From NCBI GenBank assembly GCA_026710055.1, contig JAPORV010000439.1:1-61903 (forward strand): a stretch of 61,903 nt of DNA, written 5' to 3'. The stretch comes from Aestuariivita sp. GTDB lineage: Bacteria; Pseudomonadota; Alphaproteobacteria; Rhodobacterales; Rhodobacteraceae. Shown in pieces: positions 37,167 to 44,708 of the stretch. Position 1 is the first letter of the stretch, and every line of letters begins with the position of its first letter. Under the pieces are notes generated by a model, which saw only the letters and a list, made by a program, of their open reading frames with translations, was not told where the DNA came from and did no database searches. The position numbers were made by a program, and so were the translations under genes.

Positions 37167-38285
37167 CTAGTCGTTGGTGTATGTGACGGCTTCGTTTGAC
37201 CCATAGCGCACGCCGATCATCAAAAGCGCATCAGCCAGACCCGTCACACCGAGACCAATGCGGCGTTTGTCTTTTGCTTCTTTTTCTTGCGCTGGAAGTG
37301 GAAATTGTGAAACATCAATCGCATTGTCCATCATGCGCACGGCAGTTGCAACTAATGCGGTAAGGTGCTTGACGTTAAGCATTGCGGTATTTTCAAACGG
37401 ATGATCAATGAGTTTGGCGAGATTGATGGATCCCAGGAGACAGGCCCCATACGGTGGTAAGGGTTGCTCCCCACAGGGATTTGTGGCGGCAATGGTTTCT
37501 GCGTAGGCGAGATTATTGGTCTCATTAATGCGGTCGATAAAAATCACGCCCGGTTCGGCATATTCATAGGTCGCGCGCATGATCGCGTTCCACAGATCTC
37601 GTGCTTGAATCGTCTTATAAGTGCGACCGTCAAAGACCAGGTCCCAGGACAGATTGGTTTTGACCGCGGTCATGAAAGCGTCTGTCACGAGAACAGAGAC
37701 ATTGAACATCCGGAGACGGGCAGGATCCGATTTTGCCGTAATAAAGTCCTCGATGTCAGGATGATCACATCTCAGTGTGGCCATCATGGCGCCGCGGCGT
37801 GATCCTGCGGACATGATGGTGCGGCACATGGAGTCCCAGACATCCATAAAACTTAACGGACCTGACGCATCGGCACCGACGCCTTTCACGGGCGCCCCTT
37901 TCGGCCGTAGCGTTGAAAAGTCATAGCCAATCCCACCGCCTTGTTGCATAGTCAACGCGGCCTCTTTGATGGCTTCAAAGATGCCTGCTAGTGAGTCGGT
38001 AATAGTGCCCATAACAAAGCAATTAAAGAGGGTGACAGTGCGCTTTGAGCCCGCACCCGCTACAATACGACCTGCGGGCAGGAACTTAAAATCGGTGAGT
38101 GCTTCAACGAATGTTTTTTCCCATTGAAGGGGAGAGGTTTCGCATTGCGCCAACGTCCGCGCAATTCGTGACCATGTATCAGCAACGGTCGTATCAATGG
38201 GGGTGCCTGTGCTGTCTTTGAGCCGGTATTTCATGTCCCAGATCTGTTCAGCGATGGGAGTGGAAAAGTCAGATGTATTCATCAT
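37167..38285 (-). CDS. nrdJ: Class II (adenosylcobalamin-dependent) ribonucleotide reductase NrdJ, N-terminal half ending at an in-frame TAG
   Basis: 372 aa. The sequence contains FLPAGRIVAGAG, TLFNCFV, MQQGGGIGYDFSTLRPKGAPV, GPLSFMDVWD..SAGSRRGAMMA and NPCGEQPLPPYGACLLGSINL (catalytic Cys/Glu region). Confidence 0.85.
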   Translation of the reverse strand: MMNTSDFSTPIAEQIWDMKYRLKDSTGTPIDTTVADTWSRIARTLAQCETSPLQWEKTFVEALTDFKFLPAGRIVAGAGSKRTVTLFNCFVMGTITDSLAGIFEAIKEAALTMQQGGGIGYDFSTLRPKGAPVKGVGADASGPLSFMDVWDSMCRTIMSAGSRRGAMMATLRCDHPDIEDFITAKSDPARLRMFNVSVLVTDAFMTAVKTNLSWDLVFDGRTYKTIQARDLWNAIMRATYEYAEPGVIFIDRINETNNLAYAETIAATNPCGEQPLPPYGACLLGSINLAKLIDHPFENTAMLNVKHLTALVATAVRMMDNAIDVSQFPLPAQEKEAKDKRRIGLGVTGLADALLMIGVRYGSNEAVTYTND

Positions 38286-38294
38286 GGGTGATCC

Positions 38295-39911
38295 TTAATT
38301 TTGAGAAGGAGGGGAGGGGTGTTGGAACTGCCGCGCAATGATGTGCTGAACCTGGTTCCATTTTGCCACTTTGGGCGCGGGGCGGCTATCGTTATGCTCA
38401 GTCCGCCGCGGTTGCCGTCCGGAACGTTCGCGGGAGATAATGCTCATGACGGATCGTGTCAGATCGAGCTGTCCGGCGCGGGCACAGTGTGTAAAGGCCC
38501 GTAATGCACCGCCAGGGTTGGTGATTGGTGTATCGGGATGAAACCGATTACGGTCAATCACTAGAAGCGCAATGGCGGCCACTGCGTCTCCCATGACATG
38601 ACAGGCTTCGCGCCATGCGGATCGGTGAATATCGAGCTCCCGCAAGATCATATAGATGGCGTTTTCCCAGTCTGAGAAGTGATCCAGATAGAGCAACGCA
38701 TCGTCGGAGGCGAGTTCACGATAGCCACCGTTCGCTAGGATCTTCATTACATCGGTATTCAACGGGCCGTTGTTCTTAAGCGTATGGCATTTTCCGACCA
38801 GATCGTTGAACGAGTGTGGCGAGATGACATTTTCTCTCTGCGATGTCATTGCTGATGGAGTGGGGCAGGGGGCTGATGTGACGATAGGCTGTGCAGATCC
38901 GGTGTCATTACAGGATTCTTTATAAATTTCTTCTTGTAGTGGCACCGGACTCTCCTGTCCGGTGCGGCGGACTCTATTGTCCGGTGCGACGCTTATTTGA
39001 GGCGTATGTTCCGCCCTGGATTCATGCGGTCGTTCGTCCGTGGCATCATGTTTCTCCACCGTATCGTCGCTGATGGGTACCTCAAGGTTGGGTGATTTCA
39101 CGGTAGATTCTTCGTGATGATCCTGCTTCTCAGGATGGTGAAGGTTAGCGGGCTCTTGAGCGGTTTCTATTGATTCAGTCGTGTCGGAAGATGCCATGTT
39201 GTGAGCGTCTGCGACAGCCGCGCGGAGGCGCTGTTCGAGAGAGAGCAACGCGGTGTGGTATGTTGAGAGCTGTTCGATCGTCCCGGTTCGTAACCCCGCA
39301 GGCCGATGCTGTTCTTTTAAGATGACATATTCATTCTCCAACTCGTCATTGATGTCCTGATCAGAAAGGTGGGTGTGCAGAAGCATCAGACGCCGTTCGG
39401 TCAGTTGAATCGTGATGACCAGCGCGTAATGCGCTGAGTTGCCTTTGGCCACTTCCGCATTCAGCAAGGAATATGCGCCAAAATTTGCGATTGAAGGTTC
39501 AAGGGAAATACCGGCGATGGGAGTAGTAGTGCCAGATCGGTGCCCGCGATAGCCGTTGGCGGCGGTTGTGCGGGCGATTGCACCGAGGCTTTCCAGGAGT
39601 TTTTCATATCGTCGGGCGGTTCGTTCGGTTATGTTGAGGTCTCGAGCGAGATCGCATTGTCGCCGCCAGTTGATGGCACCGACAAATGATGTCTGCCATG
39701 CACGATGTTCTGTCCACTTTGCCAGCTCACGATAGTAGGCAATGGCGCCTTCTGATGCGCCCATGAGGCGCAAACTTGCGCAGGCACATTCAATGGCGAT
39801 GGATTTGGAGACCTCTGTCGGGAGGGCGAAGAATTGGCCGATGATTGGCACGAAGGATTGCACGTGATCGGTGAAGTCGGTGTTGTAGGTACCAGTAATG
39901 AGAGGTGTCAT
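38295..39911 (-). CDS. Divergent second RepC-like replication initiator with long acidic/low-complexity insert
   Basis: 538 aa. The N-domain INWRRQCDLARDLNITERTARRYEKLLESLGAIARTTAANGYRGHR...AGISLEPSI parallels the RepC wHTH plus YGFDLSPL region. The C-domain HRSAWREACHVMGDAVAAIALLVIDRNRFHPDTPITNPGGALRAFTHCARAGQLDLTRSV parallels the RepC C-terminal region. There are no adjacent repA/repB genes. Confidence 0.6.
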   Translation of the reverse strand: MTPLITGTYNTDFTDHVQSFVPIIGQFFALPTEVSKSIAIECACASLRLMGASEGAIAYYRELAKWTEHRAWQTSFVGAINWRRQCDLARDLNITERTARRYEKLLESLGAIARTTAANGYRGHRSGTTTPIAGISLEPSIANFGAYSLLNAEVAKGNSAHYALVITIQLTERRLMLLHTHLSDQDINDELENEYVILKEQHRPAGLRTGTIEQLSTYHTALLSLEQRLRAAVADAHNMASSDTTESIETAQEPANLHHPEKQDHHEESTVKSPNLEVPISDDTVEKHDATDERPHESRAEHTPQISVAPDNRVRRTGQESPVPLQEEIYKESCNDTGSAQPIVTSAPCPTPSAMTSQRENVISPHSFNDLVGKCHTLKNNGPLNTDVMKILANGGYRELASDDALLYLDHFSDWENAIYMILRELDIHRSAWREACHVMGDAVAAIALLVIDRNRFHPDTPITNPGGALRAFTHCARAGQLDLTRSVMSIISRERSGRQPRRTEHNDSRPAPKVAKWNQVQHIIARQFQHPSPPSQN

Positions 39912-40197
39912 GGGAGTGTCTCTTATTGTTATGAGACGTGTGACCAGAAAAATTCAGTTTTTTTTGCTATGACGCGAATTTTTGACTTGACGACCCCTGC
40001 ATAATCCGTTATTTGTTTATTTGGTGTATGGGGGGTGTCGTGTGATCTTTTTCTGGTTCACACGACATTCTTCTTTTTAACGAGGATGTTTTTGAGCTGC
40101 TGTGAGCTTCAAAAGCACCGCATATCGGTGAGCCGAAGGCTTAAATATCGGCTCACCGGGCGGTCCCCGACCAAAATAAAGACAATTTCTGATGTTA

Positions 40198-40220
40198 GGG
40201 GCTTGCAGCCCCTTTTTTTT
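40198..40220 (+). terminator. Intrinsic terminator (GGGGCT-TGC-AGCCCC + T8), preceded by an 11-bp-stem hairpin at 40126..40158
   Basis: The stem is ggggct/agcccc, followed by tttttttt. An upstream hairpin has the stem cggtgagccga/tcggctcaccg. No credible + strand CDS ends here. Confidence 0.6.
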
Positions 40221-40406
40221 GGAATTATACCGCTGACATGACGGATAAATACACAATCTTGCGCCACGCGCGCCGCGAAGCCGCGAAGCCGCGAAGCCGT
40301 ATGTGATTCAGCGCGGTATCGCGCTGACAAGCCCTCTTTATTATTTTTATCGCCCCGCGTGGCATTTTGGCACCAGATGAGATGTCACTGGCGCAAGCGC
40401 CTGTTA

Positions 40407-41327
40407 ATGAACGAGCGATATCAAAAAGATACATCATGGCTGTTATCATACGGGCAGGGGGTGCAGGTCTGTCAAGTGATTTTTTTTCTAGCGCTCATGT
40501 CGGGAGCGGTGTCGGCATCACCCACCTCGTCCGGGAGCGCAGGGACGGATCCCGTGGTGCGCGCATCACGAGGTCTGATTCAGTGTCCTGACTGGCAACG
40601 TTATGTCTCCCCGGTTTATCTGGCTGATGCCACGCATCAAACCAACGAGCGCTTTGCTGCGCAGACACGACGTGACACGGGTGTACCACGTCGTAAGTCT
40701 TCTCAGGATACCGCAGTGCAGGCGGCGAGTCTCCTCCCTCAGACCGCCTGCACATATACCATTAAACAAGGCGATACGTTGGGCAAGATTGCCGCGGCCA
40801 CACTGGGTACGGCGACTAAGTGGAAGAACATTGCGACCGTCAATCCCGGCATTCAGCCAAAACGATTGCGCGTGGGAGCGACTATTCAATTACCTTGCGC
40901 CGTCACTAAACCGGCGAATACAGAACAGGCTTCTGATCCTCAAAAAACGCCCTCTACGACGTCCGCTCGTGCTAGCAGCTGGTGGCCGTTTGGGCAACGG
41001 TCGACACCAGCCGCAGATGTACCACCCAAGACTCCCGAGGCTCCTGCGGCTCCGAATGTCACTGAACCTGTCGCACCCCCACTTCCCATTTGGGAGGCGA
41101 AAAAAGGCGAGTATCTGGCGGATATTCTGCGGCGTTGGGGGAAAACAGCCGGCTATACTGTGATTGTTGATACCGCCGATGCCTGGAAAATAAGTGTCGC
41201 TATTCGGTTAAAAGCGGAATTTGAAGCAGCGGTGGATGAACTCGTGAGCGGTCTTGCTCATGATGGCACCCCGCCGCGGGTGCGTTTATATCCGAATGCA
41301 GTCGTTCGTTTGGGAGGGCCTCTATGA
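40407..41327 (+). CDS. pilL: PilL-like type IVb pilus protein (LysM domain + C-terminal TcpQ/PilL-type domain)
   Basis: ORF 40359..41327, with the likely start at ATG 40407 before a signal-like segment. The LysM-like sequence is YTIKQGDTLGKIAAATLGTATKWKNIATVNPGIQPKRLRVGATIQLP. The C-terminal WEAKKGEYLADILRRWGKTAGYTVIVDTADAWKISV... resembles the TcpQ/PilL domain. The gene directly precedes the secretin gene. Confidence 0.5.
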   Translation: MNERYQKDTSWLLSYGQGVQVCQVIFFLALMSGAVSASPTSSGSAGTDPVVRASRGLIQCPDWQRYVSPVYLADATHQTNERFAAQTRRDTGVPRRKSSQDTAVQAASLLPQTACTYTIKQGDTLGKIAAATLGTATKWKNIATVNPGIQPKRLRVGATIQLPCAVTKPANTEQASDPQKTPSTTSARASSWWPFGQRSTPAADVPPKTPEAPAAPNVTEPVAPPLPIWEAKKGEYLADILRRWGKTAGYTVIVDTADAWKISVAIRLKAEFEAAVDELVSGLAHDGTPPRVRLYPNAVVRLGGPL

Positions 41328-42865
41328 ATGTCGTGTTCTTTACAGGCCTGATGGTCATCGTAGGCGTCTCCATGACGGCCTGTGATCAGGAGCTACGTAT
41401 GGAAACGGCCGCGGGTTTGCGAGATGGTCAACGCTTGTCGGCCGCGCAATACGACTTGTTACGGTCACAACTTAATGGCGAGGTTCATCGTGAAGAACGC
41501 CCCTTTTACGGCGCGGCTGTGGCGGTCGAACGGGGGGATGTGTCGGGGGAGCCTTTACCGGACGCGGTGGAAGGTGTTCGCGGTATTACCCTGCGGATGC
41601 CGGGTCAATCCACCGTCACAACAATTGCGGCTGCAGTGACCGACGCTACCGATATTCCGATTAATATTCGCACCCGTTATGTGGTTGGGGGCGGTGCTGA
41701 CAGCCGTGTGATTGATGTGCCGATCGGCACCAGAATGCGCGTGAATTACGAAGGGTCATTATCTGCATTTCTTGACCGCCTGGCCGCTCGAATGGATGTC
41801 GGGTGGTCATATGACGGTACCATCATCACGATTGATCGCATGATTCGGTCAACCTGGCGAGTATCCTTGCCGTTGGGTGCTACTCGCTTTACACGGAGCA
41901 CGGACGGCGAAAGTGGTCACACGCTCTCTACCGAACTCACTTTAGATCCATGGTCGGATCTTGAGCAACGGCTGGCGCCGTTAGCGCCCCCACCAGCTCG
42001 CATTACGCTATCGCCCGATACCGGGCGCGTGGATGCATTTGGTCCCCCGTCCGTTCACGCCGCCATTCGTGCCGTTTTGGATGATGTGGCAACGACTGCG
42101 AAGACACGCATTGGCCTCGATGTTGCGGTGTACTTTGTGGATAGCGATAAAGCGGATGAATTCGGTGTCAGTACGGCTCTTGACGGGCTTCGCGTGGGCG
42201 AATTTGCGGGGCGTGATGTAACAGCAGATATTGCGTTTCGAAGTTCTGTGGGCGGGTTATCGTCGTTTCTGGCCGGGCAAGCCGGTGGCGGGATTGTTCT
42301 CTCACGGGGCAACAGCTTTTTTAGTTTTGAAGCACTCGCACGTAACAGTGCTGTTGTGGACTATCGTCTAGCGTCATCGGTGGCTCAATCCGGGGTGATC
42401 ACTCCGATTGGTCTGACCGAAGAACGCAGTTATATTCGCAGTGTCACTCGGGAGCGGGCTGACGATGATAATCCAGGGACGGTGACTTATGAAATCGGCG
42501 AGATGGAAACAGGCTTAACGCTAGCCGCACTTCCCCGATTGGTTGACCATCGACAAATTCATCTTTCGTTGACGTTTTCACAACGGGCGTTTCGCGGATT
42601 TGATCCCGATGTACTGACCCGCACAGGGACGATACAAGCTCCCACAATTGATAATCGACAAATTACAAACGAGACCGTGTTATCGCCAGGCGAAACGCTG
42701 GTGTTGGCGGGATATGAACAAGACATCGCAGAACAGGGTGATAGCGGCGCCGGATTTTTTCGCCGTATTGGATTGGGTGGAAAAACCGAAGCAAAACGAC
42801 GGAAAGTCCGCATGGTATTGATGGTTCGCCCCACACTCATTGCGAGCCGGAGAGACAACACATGA
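41324..42865 (+). CDS. pilN: PilN-type secretin lipoprotein (type IVb pilus outer-membrane channel)
   Basis: 513 aa with a lipobox-like signal (VGVSMTAC). The secretin-like C-terminus is PGETLVLAGYEQD...GFFRRIGLGGKTEAKRRKVRMVLMVRPTLI. Confidence 0.65.
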   Translation: MNVVFFTGLMVIVGVSMTACDQELRMETAAGLRDGQRLSAAQYDLLRSQLNGEVHREERPFYGAAVAVERGDVSGEPLPDAVEGVRGITLRMPGQSTVTTIAAAVTDATDIPINIRTRYVVGGGADSRVIDVPIGTRMRVNYEGSLSAFLDRLAARMDVGWSYDGTIITIDRMIRSTWRVSLPLGATRFTRSTDGESGHTLSTELTLDPWSDLEQRLAPLAPPPARITLSPDTGRVDAFGPPSVHAAIRAVLDDVATTAKTRIGLDVAVYFVDSDKADEFGVSTALDGLRVGEFAGRDVTADIAFRSSVGGLSSFLAGQAGGGIVLSRGNSFFSFEALARNSAVVDYRLASSVAQSGVITPIGLTEERSYIRSVTRERADDDNPGTVTYEIGEMETGLTLAALPRLVDHRQIHLSLTFSQRAFRGFDPDVLTRTGTIQAPTIDNRQITNETVLSPGETLVLAGYEQDIAEQGDSGAGFFRRIGLGGKTEAKRRKVRMVLMVRPTLIASRRDNT

Positions 42866-44331
42866 CGACGGCCGCCTTTTTTCAACGCGCCCGTGCGCTA
42901 CTCAAGGTTCCGCAGCCGAACCGGTCTGCACGGGCACCGGACGCGATCCAGTCTGTACCCGCACAGCCGGCAGACAGTACTGACATGATCTCATCAAACC
43001 TTGTCACTGCTGTCGCTCCCGACGGCACCCGACTTGTTGGCGGTCTCACATGGGACGTGGTATCTGGCGCTGAAGCGCCTGCATTGCGCAGACAGGCTCC
43101 TGCCGTTTTGCGGATGGAATTTCGTCGTGCTAAACTATCGCCGTCTTTGTGGGATGCCCAGCAGGGCGATCTGCCAGGATCATTGTTGGTTAATTTGGCT
43201 ACAAACCTTATCGCACAGGATGCTGTAATGGCTGGTACGTGGGTGTTTATAACGGAAATACCCGCGCCCCACCGTCCGCCGCGTTTGTGGGTGGCCATCG
43301 CGGATCTTAAGGAGAATGATGACAACTCTGATGATCTGCTCACCATTGTGCCGCGCCCTCAGACCGAACATATTCTTGACACCGCTGATGAAGCCTTGGC
43401 GTTGCTTCAACGCGAGATGGAAACAACTGAGATTGCGGGGTTAGCGGTTCGGTGGTTGCCCGAACATAGATCGCTACAGCCCGATCAAACGCATCGCGGT
43501 GCAATGATTGAGGGGTTTTCGCATGTCGCGCAAACGGTGCCACTATGTGATGTAAATTTTGTTGCAAGACATCATGATCATCCGCATTTTGTGGCACCAA
43601 AACACATTCCACTCCCCCTCATTGGTTGGGGATCAGCCGCCGCCTGCGCCCTGTTTGTGGGGTTTTTTGGCATCATTCCGTTTATGCAGGAATGGCTGAA
43701 AGAACCGCCACCCGCACCCCCTGACATGATTACTGTTCAACCCTCTCCAGGCGCTTTTGGAAATGTTTGCCTGACCGGTCTGACAGATTGGTGGCCCCGC
43801 ATTGTGGGGTGGGATGTTCAATCCAGCGGATGCGCATTAACAAACCATGTCCCGAAAGAGCTGGCGTTGCCAGTCGCAGCACCGACATCTGTTGCGACGC
43901 AACCCCTGGTGATCTGGCGCCAACTTCGCCCCACCCCAGGGCGTAATACGGTTCTCGCGCAATCGGCTGCTCATCAGGCTATCGGCACATGGCCGCACGA
44001 AATTCATCGCACCGATACTGGCGGTTTGGTGTTGTACAAAACAGCTGAATTACCTTTTATTGAGGCAAATGAGACAACAGACTTTGGATCAATTGATCTG
44101 GAGAGCTTACGGTCTCAACTAGCTATTTTGTGGGCTCATGCGCCCGATTCTGTTCGTCTGGTGGATCGTGAAATGACGATATCGGAACCGGGCACCCCTC
44201 GCGATGTCTTTGAACGCGTGGCACGTATTCCGTTGCTCATGCCGCTTCACTTTAGTCAGCCAGGAAACATGATGCTCACATCAGTATATCCGCGACAAAT
44301 TCCGATGATTGATTTTAAGGGCGGGAAGTAA
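42862..44331 (+). CDS. PilO-like pilus accessory protein (bitopic membrane protein)
   Basis: 489 aa with a single central TM segment (LIGWGSAAACALFVGFFGIIPF). The call rests on synteny (after the secretin gene, as in R64/PAPI-1 pil loci) and on ATGA coupling to pilN. No diagnostic motif was seen. Confidence 0.35.
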   Translation: MTTAAFFQRARALLKVPQPNRSARAPDAIQSVPAQPADSTDMISSNLVTAVAPDGTRLVGGLTWDVVSGAEAPALRRQAPAVLRMEFRRAKLSPSLWDAQQGDLPGSLLVNLATNLIAQDAVMAGTWVFITEIPAPHRPPRLWVAIADLKENDDNSDDLLTIVPRPQTEHILDTADEALALLQREMETTEIAGLAVRWLPEHRSLQPDQTHRGAMIEGFSHVAQTVPLCDVNFVARHHDHPHFVAPKHIPLPLIGWGSAAACALFVGFFGIIPFMQEWLKEPPPAPPDMITVQPSPGAFGNVCLTGLTDWWPRIVGWDVQSSGCALTNHVPKELALPVAAPTSVATQPLVIWRQLRPTPGRNTVLAQSAAHQAIGTWPHEIHRTDTGGLVLYKTAELPFIEANETTDFGSIDLESLRSQLAILWAHAPDSVRLVDREMTISEPGTPRDVFERVARIPLLMPLHFSQPGNMMLTSVYPRQIPMIDFKGGK

Positions 44332-44366
44332 TGTTAATTTTAACCCCCGAAAATAAGCAGAGGATA

Positions 44367-44654
44367 TTATTGGTTCATAATCGAAAACTGCAAAAGTGTA
44401 AAGCCGAGGACATTATGAGCTATCATAACGCCAATGACCCATATCATAAAGGTGACCTTCAAACTCATTGTATCAATTTTGGATTCCAATGTTGTGATAT
44501 CTTTCTTCACAAGCTTAATATCAGATTTTTGCGCCACGTTATTCGTAGCGATGGTATGAATCGCCTCTACCGTGGCTTCCGCTTGTTGTTGCGTGAAGCC
44601 TGCGGACGTCAATTTTCGCGTTTCTGCCAGCGTATTGACCGCGACATCAGCCAT
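44367..44654 (-). CDS. DUF1640-like tail-anchored coiled-coil protein (family A, copy 1 of 4)
   Basis: 95 aa. MADVAVNTLAETRKLTSAGFTQQQAEATVEAI..., a coiled coil and a C-terminal TM segment (FMIWVIGVMIAHNVLGF) match the DUF1640 pattern. The gene is antisense to the pil operon, in a 377-nt gap between + strand genes. Confidence 0.65.
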   Translation of the reverse strand: MADVAVNTLAETRKLTSAGFTQQQAEATVEAIHTIATNNVAQKSDIKLVKKDITTLESKIDTMSLKVTFMIWVIGVMIAHNVLGFTLLQFSIMNQ

Positions 44655-44708
44655 GCAATTCCCTTTAACATCAATGATGATTATATCTTTACCACATCAT
44701 CCTTTCGG

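Noticed and set aside
40035-40241. 68-aa + strand ORF upstream of the RepC-like gene.
   Set aside because: The ORF spans two strong hairpins and a T8 terminator, has an odd hydrophobic/Cys-rich composition, and lacks an obvious ribosome-binding site. The region fits a structured RNA or terminator better than a CDS.
40271-40294. Tandem GCCGCGAA x3 as iterons or DnaA-like boxes for the second RepC.
   Set aside because: There are only three 8-mers in a GC-rich spacer. I could not identify any matching copies elsewhere, and nothing links this motif to RepC binding. It is mentioned only as context in the RepC finding.
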